From: an uncultured Porphyromonadaceae bacterium
GTDB lineage: Bacteria > Bacteroidota > Bacteroidia > Bacteroidales > Muribaculaceae
Direction of reading: 5' to 3'
Assembly (NCBI GenBank): GCA_947176605.1
Contig: CAMWRH010000005.1
Coordinates: 810 to 64,809 of the forward strand
DNA length: 64,000 nucleotides
Below the pieces are notes generated by a model that was not told the origin of the DNA, did not search any database, and saw only the letters and a list, made by a program, of their open reading frames with translations. The first letter of the stretch is position 1. The number at the start of each line of letters is the position of its first letter. The position numbers and the translations under genes were made by a program. Positions 28,593-38,761 of this stretch are shown here, piece by piece.

Positions 28593-30392
28593 TTATCGGG
28601 TGAGGGGACGGGTCTTTTCAGCCATCCATGCCGCCTCTTCGGGGGAGAGGAGCGGTGTGAGGCGTGAGCGTACGAGGGTATGGTAGTCGTTGACCCATTT
28701 GATCTCTTCGTCGGTCATGATTGATGTGTCGAAGAGGTTGAGGTCGAAGGGGAAGAGCGTCATCACCTCGAAGTGGAAGAACCGGCCGAACTCGGTCTCT
28801 TTCCATGGCTCGGTGACGATGAGGTTCTCGCATCGTATGCCGTAGCGGTCGGCCAGGTAGAGACCGGGCTCGTTGCTGGTGATCATGCCGGGCTGCAGGG
28901 GTGTGGGGTTCTCGTTGAGGCGGATGTTCTGAGGCCCTTCGTGGCAGTTGATGAAGAATCCCACGCCGTGGCCGGTGCCGTGATAGTAGGCTTTCCCTTC
29001 GGCCCAGAGGAACTGGCGTGCGAGCACGTCGAGCTGCGCGCCGCGGGTCCCTTCGGGGAATATGGCGCGTGCCAGGGCGATGTGTCCTTTCATGACGAGG
29101 GTGAAGTCATGGCGCTGTTCGGGGGTGGCTCCGCCCAGGGCGATGGTGCGGGTGATGTCGGTGGTGCCGAAAGTGTATTGGCCACCGCTGTCGACGAGGA
29201 GCAGTCCCTGCCCGGTGATGGGCACATCGGTCTCCGGCGTGGCTTCATAGTGCACGATGGCGCCGTGGCCGTTCCATCCGATGATTGCGGCGAAGCTCTC
29301 GTCGACGCATGAAGCGTCGGCCAGGCGCAGTGCGCGCAGGCGCTTGCCGAGTTCCACTTCGGTCAGAGTGCCCGAGGGGTATTCCTTTTCCACCATCATG
29401 AAGAAGCGTGTCAGCGCCACTCCGTCCTTCTCCATTGCGGTGTGGAGGTTGGAGAGCATGGTGGCGTTCTTGATGCTCTTCAGTCGCGCTACGGCTGAGC
29501 CACCGAATACGGTGGGGCATCCGATATGGTCGTAGAGTCCGCGCGATGTCTTTTCGGGGTCGATGAGCAGGCGAGTCTCTTTGGGGAGTGCGGCGGCGAA
29601 GGAGAGCACATCGTCGTAGGGGCGCACTTCAATATGGTATGTGTCGAGATGTGCCTGCACTTCGGGAGTGATTTTGTCGGCATCCACGAAGAGCACGCGG
29701 CGTCCCGATTCGTCGAGATAGAGGTAGCTTACGAAGATGGGGGAGTATGTGATGTCGCCCGAAGTGCGGAGGTTGGTGGCCCATGCTATGTCGTCGAGAG
29801 CGGAGAGCATCACGGCGTTGGCCAGTTCGCTTTTCACGGCTTCGAGGATGCGGGTCACTTTGCTGTCGACGGTCTCGCCGACGATTTTCTCGTCGTGTAC
29901 GAAGAGTTTGTTTTTCGGGCGTTCCGGGCGGTCGGGGTATATGTAGTCAAACTGGGGGAAGTCGGTGTTGAGGCTGACTCCGTTGTCGGCCAGTTCCTGT
30001 TGAATGCGCTGTGCGAAAGAGATGGAGAATGTCATTCCGTCGATACCTACGGTCTCCCCTTTTGAGGTATGTTCGGTGAGCCAGTCCACGAGGTCCACGG
30101 CATCGGGGCCGTCTTCCTTCATCATGCGGAATCCGGTGCCTTGGAGCTGTTCCTCGGCCTGGAGGAAGTAGCGGGAGTCGGTCCATACGAGGGCGTCGTC
30201 GGCGGTGATGACGGCAGTGCCGTTGGTGCCGTTGGATGATTCGAATCCGGTGAGCCATTCGCGGCCACGCCAGTGATGAGGGGGAATTTCCGACTGATGC
30301 GGGTCGGTGCCGGTGATTACGCAGGCGTCAATGCCGTGTTGCTTCATGGCCTCGCGCAGATTGGCGAGATAGGTGAGATTCTTTTTTTCCAT
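28593..30392 (-). CDS. Aminopeptidase P family (M24) Xaa-Pro aminopeptidase
   Basis: DPHQSE, WTDSRYFLQA, DSGGQY..GTTDITRT, HGTGHGVG...HEGPQ, SNEPG and IRCEN. Confidence 0.95.
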   Translation of the reverse strand: MEKKNLTYLANLREAMKQHGIDACVITGTDPHQSEIPPHHWRGREWLTGFESSNGTNGTAVITADDALVWTDSRYFLQAEEQLQGTGFRMMKEDGPDAVDLVDWLTEHTSKGETVGIDGMTFSISFAQRIQQELADNGVSLNTDFPQFDYIYPDRPERPKNKLFVHDEKIVGETVDSKVTRILEAVKSELANAVMLSALDDIAWATNLRTSGDITYSPIFVSYLYLDESGRRVLFVDADKITPEVQAHLDTYHIEVRPYDDVLSFAAALPKETRLLIDPEKTSRGLYDHIGCPTVFGGSAVARLKSIKNATMLSNLHTAMEKDGVALTRFFMMVEKEYPSGTLTEVELGKRLRALRLADASCVDESFAAIIGWNGHGAIVHYEATPETDVPITGQGLLLVDSGGQYTFGTTDITRTIALGGATPEQRHDFTLVMKGHIALARAIFPEGTRGAQLDVLARQFLWAEGKAYYHGTGHGVGFFINCHEGPQNIRLNENPTPLQPGMITSNEPGLYLADRYGIRCENLIVTEPWKETEFGRFFHFEVMTLFPFDLNLFDTSIMTDEEIKWVNDYHTLVRSRLTPLLSPEEAAWMAEKTRPLTR

Positions 30393-30748
30393 ATATAAGA
30401 TGTTGTGTCTTCATTTGGGTGAGGATGGGAGTGCCACGCGGACGGATGGGCGGGCGCGGCTATGGTTTTCCTCTTCGGATGGCAAATGTAGTGAGATTAA
30501 TCCGAATTAGAAAGTTTTTTTAGATAAAAACGTCTGTGACGTAATATGGTTTTATGGTGGCGCAGCGCGAGGAGCCGCATGTATAAAGGGGAGTTCACCT
30601 CTCATGAGGTGATGGAAATGTGTGGGAGAAAGTGTGGGAGTTTTCTGATTATGACATGTAATAAGTGGCGAGTGGAATCTTAATATTGGTCTAAATCAGA
30701 CAATATTTGCCGAATCTGCGCCGGGGGGGGGTAAAACGGGTTTTCATA

Positions 30749-30780
30749 TTTGTATTAGAGCCGCAAAGTCGTTATATTTG
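30749..30780 (+). promoter_or_regulatory. Canonical sigma-A promoter driving a short stand-alone transcript
   Basis: TTTG (30749-30752), 20-nt spacer, TATATTTG (30773-30780). Confidence 0.75.
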
Positions 30781-30819
30781 CAACATCAAAGCAACTCAAG
30801 GAGTCTGGAGCTCCACGAG

Positions 30820-30963
30820 ATGCGACCGAATTTCCAATGGGAGGAGCGTGACTGTCGTGATGATATGCAGGAGTTTTGGCAAGGAAGCTCTGCTCCCCCA
30901 TTTTTACAAGGTATGCTTTTCCGGAGCGGTGCTGACGTGTCAGAGTCCTCTGCCGGAAAGTGA
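30820..30963 (+). CDS. Small 47-aa protein (or an ORF within an sRNA)
   Basis: MRPNFQWEERDCRDDMQEFWQGSSAPPFLQGMLFRSGADVSESSAGK*, bracketed by a canonical promoter and an intrinsic terminator. Confidence 0.5.
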   Translation: MRPNFQWEERDCRDDMQEFWQGSSAPPFLQGMLFRSGADVSESSAGK

Positions 30964-31002
30964 AAAGATGATTTAGTGATATATTTGTAAGTTAGTGGTT
31001 TG

Positions 31003-31040
31003 GCAAACGCATACTTGTGAAAGTGTGCGTTTGCTTTGTT
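31003..31040 (+). terminator. Intrinsic terminator
   Basis: GCAAACGCATACTT-GTGA-AAGTGTGCGTTTGC followed by TTTGTT. Confidence 0.8.
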
Positions 31041-31051
31041 ATGGGGCGGGG

Positions 31052-31140
31052 AGGCTTTAGGTTTTAGGCTTTAGGCTTTAGGTTTTAGGCTTTAGGTGAT
31101 AGGCTTTGTTTTTAGGCTTTAGGCTTTAGGCGCTGGGCTT
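31052..31140. repeat. Heptamer tandem repeat (AGGYTTT)n, about 12 units
   Basis: AGGCTTT AGGTTTT AGGCTTT AGGCTTT AGGTTTT AGGCTTT ..., degenerating towards the right. Confidence 0.9.
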
Positions 31141-31497
31141 CGCGATGCACTTCCCATCGCTAAAGCTCGGGCGCGGGACCACGAGACACGGCTTGGCGGC
31201 GGGAATGGGTGAGGTGCCGGATTTTTTTATGGGGATGGGGTATAAAAAAGGTTTTTTTAATAAAATTTGACGGTGATGGCCGTGAATCCGGCAAACTTCA
31301 TTATATTTGCAAAATCTTTTCAGCCTGAGGGTGATTGCGGTGAGCCTTATGTGTGTGGGAGGCACTCCGTATCGCGCCGACCGGTTGAATCCGAAGTCCG
31401 TCTGCTGTGAAATGTGGCAAATGGCATTACATGGGTCATTGTCTGCAGGCTGGCTCCGGCCGACATGAATTAAACACAGACTTTATATAGAGAGCAA

Positions 31498-32721
31498 ATG
31501 ATGCGTCAGATAGTATTGTTTGATACGGAAAGCGTGCATGCTGACCTGTTGCCGATGTCGTATACGCGTCCGGTGGCAGCATTCCGTATCGGAATCCGTA
31601 CGCTGCGCGAGCAGTGGGAGGAGATTATGCCGGGTGAGTATTTCTACCGTCCGGTGTGGTTTCAGCGTGATAAATTCGGTATGCCTCCGCAGGGAGCCGA
31701 TGATTTGCTTTTTGTGGCAGGTAATCTGATGCCGCGTGAGGAGACTGCGGCTCTGCTTATGGAGCTGAAGCTCGGTGAGGCTGCCGTGTATGAGGGTCAG
31801 ATTGTGGCTTTCCGTGGCAGTGAGGCCGGGCTTGAGGAGGATGCCGAAGTGCGGCAGGTGGAGCTGCCGGAGGGTTCGGCCCGGCTGATACGCTTCCCGT
31901 ATGACATATTCCAGGCTAATGCCGAGGCGCTGTGCCGCGAGTACAGGCGCCTGACGTCCGGGCGCCGTTCGGCACCTCTTGATGAGAGCAACCGTGTGAT
32001 AGGCTCGCCGGTGGATGCCGATGGCAATCCGATGATTTTCATCGAGGAGGGTGCCGTGGTGGAGGGCGCCACAATCAACGTCAAAGAGGGCCCTGTGTAT
32101 ATCGGACGCGATGCGGTGGTGATGGAAGGCGCGTGCGTGCGCGGCCCGCTTGCCCTTTGCGAACATGCGCAGATCAAGATGGGAGCCAAGATTTACGGCG
32201 GCACCACATTCGGCCCTTATTGCAAGATCGGGGGAGAGGTGCAGAATACAGTAATCTTCGGCTATAGCAACAAGGCCCACGACGGCTATCTCGGCAATGC
32301 CGTGATAGGGGAGTGGTGCAACCTCGGAGCCGGCGTAAATGCCTCGAACCTGAAGAACGACTATGCCAAGATCCGTCTGTGGAATTATCCGCGCCACACG
32401 TTCATGCGCACCGACCTGCAGTTCTGCGGCCTCATCATGGCCGATCACAGTAAGGCGGGAATCAACTGCATGTTCAATACGGCTACTGTCGTAGGCGTGG
32501 GTGTCAACCTGCATGGTGCCGGATTCCCGCGTGTGTTCATCCCGTCGTTCCAGGAGGGTTCTCCGGCCGGGGGTATGACGGATGTGCCGCTTAAGAAATT
32601 CTATCAGATAGCCGAACGTGTGATGGGTCGGCGCGGACTGACGCTTACCGATGCCGACCGCTGCATCTACGAGCGTGTCTACGAGGTGGCCTCGCAGTAT
32701 AAGGCCCCGAAATCTCGCTGA
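31498..32721 (+). CDS. GlmU-like putative sugar nucleotidyltransferase
   Basis: LLPMSYTRPVAAFRIGIRTLREQW, hexapeptide repeats and KAHDGYLGNAVIGEWCNLGAG. A -7 element TATATTTG lies at 31302-31309. Confidence 0.9.
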   Translation: MMRQIVLFDTESVHADLLPMSYTRPVAAFRIGIRTLREQWEEIMPGEYFYRPVWFQRDKFGMPPQGADDLLFVAGNLMPREETAALLMELKLGEAAVYEGQIVAFRGSEAGLEEDAEVRQVELPEGSARLIRFPYDIFQANAEALCREYRRLTSGRRSAPLDESNRVIGSPVDADGNPMIFIEEGAVVEGATINVKEGPVYIGRDAVVMEGACVRGPLALCEHAQIKMGAKIYGGTTFGPYCKIGGEVQNTVIFGYSNKAHDGYLGNAVIGEWCNLGAGVNASNLKNDYAKIRLWNYPRHTFMRTDLQFCGLIMADHSKAGINCMFNTATVVGVGVNLHGAGFPRVFIPSFQEGSPAGGMTDVPLKKFYQIAERVMGRRGLTLTDADRCIYERVYEVASQYKAPKSR

Positions 32722-32823
32722 TCTGTGACACGCCTTTGGCAGCTGAGCCGATCAGTCCGGTCTAATCCCTTAGGCTGATCCGGCCGGTCATTGGCAAGGT
32801 CAAGTTATCGGTAATGAAATGAA

Positions 32824-32865
32824 AAATCCCGCTTCACGGTCGAGCCGACCGTAGAAGCGGGATTT
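32824..32865. terminator. Bidirectional intrinsic terminator between convergent genes
   Basis: AAATCCCGCTTC-ACGGTCG-AGC-CGACCGT-A-GAAGCGGGATTT with A/T tails on both sides. Confidence 0.85.
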
Positions 32866-32929
32866 ATTATTTATGCCCCTTCGGAAGAGGAGCCGGAAGT
32901 GTCCGGGGAGAGACCGGACATCATTCGTA

Positions 32930-34852
32930 TCAGAGCACTACCTTGACGGCCTTGCCGCCGGCAACCTTGATGAATACGCCTTCGGCGGGGTTGTCGACGC
33001 GTACGCCGCTGAGGGTGTAGTATACGGCCTCGGCATCATCGGCAGCGTTGATTCCCTCTACACCTGAATTGATGTCGTAGGTGATGGAGAATGTGCATGC
33101 GATGGGAGCGTTGGTGCAGGCCTTGTCGCCCTTCACCAGGAAGATGGCGCAGCTGTAGTCGGTCATGTCAGAGGGGATTTCGATCTTATTGTCGACTACC
33201 CATCCGGCAGCTTCCATATCGGCGATGCCGGTCCACTGGAGGTTGATGCCGGCTGCGCGGCGCAGCGGGTCGGCATTGATGCCGCCGTCTACGGGCTGAT
33301 AGATGAAGTTGGTCCAGCCTTCGGGCACTTCGATCTCAAAGACCACGCTATCCTTGTCGGTAGTGGCTTTTACCTCGAGCTCGGGGTAGGATACGCCCTC
33401 GTCGTCGGCCGGGGTGAAGTCGTATGTCATCACCGGAGCGTCGGAAGAGACCTTAAGCGATGTGGGGAGCTCGGGATCAGCCTCGTATACCTCGTAGGAG
33501 ATGGGGAAGAACTCCATAGTGGTCTTGTAGCAGCCCATTGCGCCGTAGACGGTGTATGTGCCGGGCTCTACCGACTCCTCTACTGCCCACTGGGTGTAGA
33601 AGGTAAACTCGCTGCCGTCGGCCATTGTGCCCTTGAAGGTCTTGCCCTTGTCGGTGGGAGTGGCCTCGTCGAATGTCACGTTAGCCAGATAGCATACCTG
33701 GTTGAGGGGTACTTCATCAGCCGATGTGAATGTCCGGGGGGATACGGAATCCTTGATGAATACCTCCGGGAAGTCGCCGAGGAATTTCCATTCGGGGAGC
33801 AGGTTGTAGGGTGCGTACTGTACGAAATATCCACCCTTCAGCATGTCGCCGGGCTCATATGTGCTGCCGGAGTTGTAGAAGAGCACCGGATTGCCGAATA
33901 CGTCGGCTGCGTAGATGTATGCGCCGTTGACGTATTCTACCGAATAGTAGAAGTTGACGTAGATCACATCGCCCGACTCCTTGGAAGCCTCGATGAAGGC
34001 GTTGTGGTTGGTCACCGACGGAGCCACCACTACAGTATACTTGGCAGAGCCTGCGAGATACTCGGCGGTAGCCTCGGAAGTGGCGGTGATTTCGGCAGTG
34101 CCTTCACCCTTGACGCTGATTGTGCCGTCCTCGTCGACTTCCACCACATCGGGATTGGAAGAAGAGAAGGTCACAGCCACGCCGTTGGGGTTGTTGAACT
34201 CCGGAGCCGGAGTGCCGAGCGAAGTGGTAGTGTAGAGCGTAGATGCCGCGAAAGAGAACCCTGCGGGTTTCTGCACGTCCTCACCTGCGCCCTCGCCGTA
34301 GTATTTCACCTCGCTGAGGGAGATAAGGCCGTTGGCCGAACCGGCAGCGCAATCGAAGGCGATACGGTAATAGAGGTTGGGGGCCGGAGCCGGAGCGGAG
34401 AGGGTCACGGTCTGAGCCTCCTCATTATCATAGGTGGCGCCATGAGTGGCTACAGTGGTCCAGTCCTCATCGGCGGTATCGGCTGATGCGGCGGTCTGAA
34501 GCATGATGGCGTTGACCTTGTCTGCTGTCCATGCGGGGATGGTAAGTTCGACGGAAGTCACCTGGCTGCCTACCATGAAGTCGGTAGTGATGTATCCGGT
34601 GGATTCCACTGACTTGCGTCCGCATTTGATGAAGTCCCAGCCGTTGTTGTTGTTGTTGAAGTATGACACCGAGAAAGTTTCGGTGTCGGTCAGGGTGTAG
34701 GTGAAAGTGCCGGTGTAGGCATTGTTTTTCGGATAGAGCTGCAGGTCGGCATTATACTCCTTACCGAATTTCAGATCATAGAGCAGATCTGCGGCCGAGG
34801 CGCTCCCCGCGAGGAGGGCTACCGAAGCCATGGAAAGTAGAAATTTTTTCAT
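32930..34852 (-). CDS. Secreted surface protein with an Ig-like (Big_2-like) module and a probable T9SS C-terminal sorting signal
   Basis: Signal peptide MKKFLLSMASVALLAGSASA; TFSSSNPDVVEVDEDGTISVKGEGTAEITAT; C-terminus SGVEGI...YYTLSGVRV...GVFIKV.GGKAVKVVL; very acidic. Confidence 0.7.
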   Translation of the reverse strand: MKKFLLSMASVALLAGSASAADLLYDLKFGKEYNADLQLYPKNNAYTGTFTYTLTDTETFSVSYFNNNNNGWDFIKCGRKSVESTGYITTDFMVGSQVTSVELTIPAWTADKVNAIMLQTAASADTADEDWTTVATHGATYDNEEAQTVTLSAPAPAPNLYYRIAFDCAAGSANGLISLSEVKYYGEGAGEDVQKPAGFSFAASTLYTTTSLGTPAPEFNNPNGVAVTFSSSNPDVVEVDEDGTISVKGEGTAEITATSEATAEYLAGSAKYTVVVAPSVTNHNAFIEASKESGDVIYVNFYYSVEYVNGAYIYAADVFGNPVLFYNSGSTYEPGDMLKGGYFVQYAPYNLLPEWKFLGDFPEVFIKDSVSPRTFTSADEVPLNQVCYLANVTFDEATPTDKGKTFKGTMADGSEFTFYTQWAVEESVEPGTYTVYGAMGCYKTTMEFFPISYEVYEADPELPTSLKVSSDAPVMTYDFTPADDEGVSYPELEVKATTDKDSVVFEIEVPEGWTNFIYQPVDGGINADPLRRAAGINLQWTGIADMEAAGWVVDNKIEIPSDMTDYSCAIFLVKGDKACTNAPIACTFSITYDINSGVEGINAADDAEAVYYTLSGVRVDNPAEGVFIKVAGGKAVKVVL

Positions 34853-35125
34853 AATGAAGGTATTGATTTATAAAACTTATGATGCAATAAAATGTCGCGT
34901 GTGTCTGCTGTAGGCGCGGCAGACGGCACGATGCTGCAAATATAGTAATAAAATCGGTAAGTAGTACATAATTAAGGTGAAAAACCGATATGAAATGGTG
35001 ATTATTTTGGCAGAGTGATGAGTTTGGAGGGGGATGGGGGAGTGCCCGCGGTCGTGGCCCCGGGGGAGTGTTAGCATTTTTTATGTAAAAAAGGGGTTGC
35101 GGGTGCGAATTTAAGTGGCCGGAAA

Positions 35126-35157
35126 TTTGCGTAAACCGTTTATTTTTAGTAATTTTG
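35126..35157 (+). promoter_or_regulatory. Sigma-A promoter of the str/S10 operon
   Basis: TTTG (35126-35129), 20-nt spacer, TAATTTTG (35150-35157). Confidence 0.8.
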
Positions 35158-35273
35158 CAGAGTTTTGAAGGATACTTCAAAGGTTGCTGACGCTAATAGT
35201 CTGAATTATAGGCTGTTGGCGATTGGCAACCGATGCGTATTAAGCAAACAACCAAATAATCAAAATAAACAGA

Positions 35274-35657
35274 ATGCCTACTATTCAGCAATTAGTAAGA
35301 AAGGGCCGCACTGTCCTGAAGGACAAGAGTAAGTCTCCGGCTCTGGATTCGTGCCCGCAGCGCCGCGGCGTATGTGTGCGCGTCTACACCACCACCCCCA
35401 AGAAGCCTAACTCGGCTATGCGTAAGGTGGCACGTGTGCGCCTGACCAACGGCAAGGAGGTCAACTCATACATCCCCGGAGAGGGTCACAATCTGCAGGA
35501 GCACTCCATCGTGATGGTGCGCGGCGGTCGTGTGAAGGACCTCCCCGGTGTGCGTTATCACATCGTGCGCGGCACACTCGACACAGCAGGTGTGCAGGGC
35601 CGCACTCAGCGTCGTTCGAAATACGGTGCGAAGCGTCCTAAAGCAGCCAAGAAGTAA
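35274..35657 (+). CDS. rpsL: 30S ribosomal protein S12
   Basis: [12 protein letters not shown]...[17 protein letters not shown]...KDLPGVRY. Confidence 0.99.
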   Translation: MPTIQQLVRKGRTVLKDKSKSPALDSCPQRRGVCVRVYTTTPKKPNSAMRKVARVRLTNGKEVNSYIPGEGHNLQEHSIVMVRGGRVKDLPGVRYHIVRGTLDTAGVQGRTQRRSKYGAKRPKAAKK

Positions 35658-35821
35658 TCAAATCAAATCAGCATCCGGTTTTTGATTTATTGGTGACGCT
35701 GAAAGGTTGAGTAAACCGGCGCAAGAGAGCGCATGGTTGAAGTTATCGGGCGGAAACAGACAAAACACAAGCCCCTCGAAGCAACCAAGGAACAAAACCA
35801 CATTCCAGTTTTTAAACAACA

Positions 35822-36298
35822 ATGAGAAAAGCAAAGCCTAAGAAAAGGGTGACTCTCCCTGATCCCGTCTTTCATGACGTCAAGGTGACCAAGTTTGTCA
35901 ACCACCTGATGTACGACGGAAAGAAAAACACTGCCTACACAATCTTCTACACAGCGCTTGAGAATGTGAAGGCCAAGATGCCCAACGAGGAGAAGTCAGC
36001 CCTCGAGATCTGGAAAAAGGCTCTTGAGAATGTGACTCCCCAGGTGGAGGTGAAGTCGCGTCGCGTAGGCGGTGCCACTTTCCAGGTGCCCACCGAGATC
36101 CGTGCGGACCGCAAGGAGTCGATTTCAATGAAAAACCTCATCATCTTCGCCCGTAAGCGTGGCGGCAAGACCATGGCCGACAAGCTGGCTGCCGAAATCG
36201 TGGACGCTTTCAATGACCAGGGCGGCGCTTACAAGCGTAAAGAGGACATGCACCGCATGGCTGAGGCTAACCGTGCGTTCGCTCACTTCAGATTTTAA
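35822..36298 (+). CDS. rpsG: 30S ribosomal protein S7
   Basis: [15 protein letters not shown]...[13 protein letters not shown]. Confidence 0.99.
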   Translation: MRKAKPKKRVTLPDPVFHDVKVTKFVNHLMYDGKKNTAYTIFYTALENVKAKMPNEEKSALEIWKKALENVTPQVEVKSRRVGGATFQVPTEIRADRKESISMKNLIIFARKRGGKTMADKLAAEIVDAFNDQGGAYKRKEDMHRMAEANRAFAHFRF

Positions 36299-36313
36299 TA
36301 GCAGACTCATACA

Positions 36314-38437
36314 ATGGCTAAACACGACGAACTTAAATATACCCGCAATATCGGCATCATGGCCCACATCGATGCCGGCAAGACTACTACTTCGGAGCGC
36401 ATCCTTTTCTATACCGGCCTGACTCACAAAATCGGTGAGGTACACGACGGCGCGGCTACAATGGACTGGATGGAGCAGGAGCAGGAGCGTGGTATCACAA
36501 TCACTTCCGCCGCTACCACCACTTTCTGGAACTACGACGGCGAAAAATACAAAATCAACCTGATCGACACTCCGGGACACGTGGACTTCACTGTAGAGGT
36601 GGAGCGCTCGCTGCGTGTGCTCGACGGCGCTGTGGCTACTTTCTGCGCCGTGGGTGGCGTAGAGCCCCAGTCGGAGACTGTATGGCGTCAGGCCGACAAA
36701 TATAATGTGCCCCGTATCGGTTACGTCAACAAGATGGACCGCTCCGGCGCCAACTTCCTCGAGGTTGTGCGTCAGGTGAAGGAAGTGCTGGGCGCAAATC
36801 CCCTCCCCATCCAGCTGCCTATCGGCGCTGAGGAGACTTTCAAGGGTGTGATCGACCTGATCACAATGAAGGCTCTCTTCTGGCACGACGAGACTATGGG
36901 CGCTCAGTATTCTGTAGAGGAAATCCCCGCCAACCTCGTTGAAGAGGCCGAGGAGTACCGCGACAAGATGCTCGAGACTCTCGCCGAGCTCGACGAGGCT
37001 CTGATGGAGAAATATTTCGACGATCCCTCCACAATCACTGAAGAGGAAATCCGCAAGGCTATCCGCAAGGGCACACTGGCCATGGCCATCAACCCGATGC
37101 TCTGCGGCTCTTCGTTCAAGAACAAAGGCGTGCAGACACTGCTCGACGCAGTCTGCGCCTACCTCCCCTCGCCCGAGGACGCAGGTGCCGTAGAAGGCCA
37201 TGCAGTGGGCGACCCCGACACTATCGAGACCCGCGAGCCCTCTCCCGAGGCCCCGATGTCGGCTCTGGCATTCAAGATCGCTACCGACCCCTACGTAGGC
37301 CGTCTCTGCTTCTTCCGCGTTTATTCGGGTGAGATCGAGGCCGGTTCTTACGTGCTCAACACACGTTCGGGCAAGAAGGAGCGTATCTCCCGTCTGTTCC
37401 AGATGCACTCCAACAAGCAGAATCCCAAAGAGAAGATCGGCTGCGGTGATATCGGCGCAGGCGTAGGCTTCAAGGATATCCGCACCGGCGACACTCTTTG
37501 CGCCGAGGACGCACCGATCGTGCTCGAGGCCATGGAGTTCCCCGATCCCGTAATCGGTATCGCCGTAGAGCCCAAGACTCAGAAAGACCTCGACAAGCTC
37601 GGCGTAGGCCTTCAGAAGCTGGCCGAAGAGGATCCCACATTCCGCGTAGAGACCAACGAAGAGACCGGCCAGACCGTAATCTCCGGTATGGGTGAGCTCC
37701 ACCTCGACATCATCATCGACCGTCTGCGTCGTGAGTTCAAGGTAGAGTGCAACCAGGGCCGTCCGCAGGTGACCTACAAGGAGGCTATCACCAAGCCCGT
37801 AGAGCTCCGCGAGACATTCAAGAAGCAGACCGGTGGTCGCGGTAAGTTTGCCGACATCATCGTACGCATCGAGCCCGTCGACGAGGGCTTCGAGGGCAAC
37901 CTCCAGTTTGTCGACGAGGTGAAGGGTGGTAACGTGCCCAAGGAGTACATCCCCTCAGTGCAGAAGGGCTTCCAGAACGCAATGAAGAACGGTGTGCTCG
38001 CCGGCTATCCCGTAGAGCAGCTCAAGGTGACTCTGCTCGACGGCAGCTTCCACCCGGTTGACTCCGACCAGCTTTCATTCGAGCTCTGCGCCATCCAGGC
38101 ATTCAAGCACGGCTCAGAGAAGGCATCTCCGGTGCTGCTTGAGCCGATCATGAAGATCGAGGTAGTGACTCCGGAAGAGAGCATGGGTGACGTGATCGGC
38201 GACCTCAACAAGCGTCGCGGTCAGGTGGAAGGCATGGAGACAAGCCGCAGCGGTGCCCGCATCGTCAAGGCCAAGGCTCCTCTGGCAGAGATGTTCGGCT
38301 ATGTGACCGCACTGCGTACCATCACATCAGGCCGTGCCACCAGCACCATGAGCTTCAGCCACTATGCAGAGGTAAGTAACTCCATCGCGCGCAACGTGCT
38401 CACAGAGGTTCAGGGCCGCGTAGATCTGTTGAAATAA
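36314..38437 (+). CDS. fusA: Elongation factor G
   Basis: [29 protein letters not shown] and NKMD. Confidence 0.99.
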   Translation: MAKHDELKYTRNIGIMAHIDAGKTTTSERILFYTGLTHKIGEVHDGAATMDWMEQEQERGITITSAATTTFWNYDGEKYKINLIDTPGHVDFTVEVERSLRVLDGAVATFCAVGGVEPQSETVWRQADKYNVPRIGYVNKMDRSGANFLEVVRQVKEVLGANPLPIQLPIGAEETFKGVIDLITMKALFWHDETMGAQYSVEEIPANLVEEAEEYRDKMLETLAELDEALMEKYFDDPSTITEEEIRKAIRKGTLAMAINPMLCGSSFKNKGVQTLLDAVCAYLPSPEDAGAVEGHAVGDPDTIETREPSPEAPMSALAFKIATDPYVGRLCFFRVYSGEIEAGSYVLNTRSGKKERISRLFQMHSNKQNPKEKIGCGDIGAGVGFKDIRTGDTLCAEDAPIVLEAMEFPDPVIGIAVEPKTQKDLDKLGVGLQKLAEEDPTFRVETNEETGQTVISGMGELHLDIIIDRLRREFKVECNQGRPQVTYKEAITKPVELRETFKKQTGGRGKFADIIVRIEPVDEGFEGNLQFVDEVKGGNVPKEYIPSVQKGFQNAMKNGVLAGYPVEQLKVTLLDGSFHPVDSDQLSFELCAIQAFKHGSEKASPVLLEPIMKIEVVTPEESMGDVIGDLNKRRGQVEGMETSRSGARIVKAKAPLAEMFGYVTALRTITSGRATSTMSFSHYAEVSNSIARNVLTEVQGRVDLLK

Positions 38438-38455
38438 TAAAGCTAAAATATCACA

Positions 38456-38761
38456 ATGAGCCAGAAAATCAGAATCAAACTGAAATCTTACGATCACAAC
38501 CTGGTCGACAAGTCGGCTGAGAAGATCGTAAAGACAGTGAAATCCACCGGCGCCGTAGTGAGCGGACCCATACCTCTGCCCACACACAAGCGCATCTTCA
38601 CCGTCAACCGCTCCACCTTCGTCAACAAGAAGAGCCGCGAGCAGTTTGAGCTCAGCTCATACCAGCGTCTGATCGACATCTACAGCTCTACAGCCAAGAC
38701 TGTCGACGCGCTGATGAAGCTCGAACTCCCCAGCGGTGTCGATGTATCGATCAAAGTCTGA
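38456..38761 (+). CDS. rpsJ: 30S ribosomal protein S10
   Basis: [11 protein letters not shown]...GPIPLPT...SREQFE. Confidence 0.99.
   Translation: MSQKIRIKLKSYDHNLVDKSAEKIVKTVKSTGAVVSGPIPLPTHKRIFTVNRSTFVNKKSREQFELSSYQRLIDIYSSTAKTVDALMKLELPSGVDVSIKV

Noticed and set aside
30620-30640. GTGTGGGAG direct repeat as an MraZ operator
   Set aside because: Only two copies, with a 12-bp period rather than the roughly 10-bp triple TGGG array, and no mraZ/dcw genes nearby.
31052-31140. Resemblance of the TTTAGG(C/T) array to eukaryotic telomere repeats
   Set aside because: The unit is a degenerate 7-mer embedded in continuous bacterial sequence with bacterial promoters on both sides, so there is no support for contamination or telomere function.
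31126-31365. 79-aa minus-strand ORF in the intergenic region; also 61125-61316 in the rpsK-rpsD spacer
   Set aside because: No promoter or start context, no recognisable composition, and they overlap regulatory DNA of plus-strand genes.
38438-38455. Absence of tuf after fusA
   Set aside because: rpsL-rpsG-fusA-rpsJ without tuf is the normal Bacteroidota arrangement.
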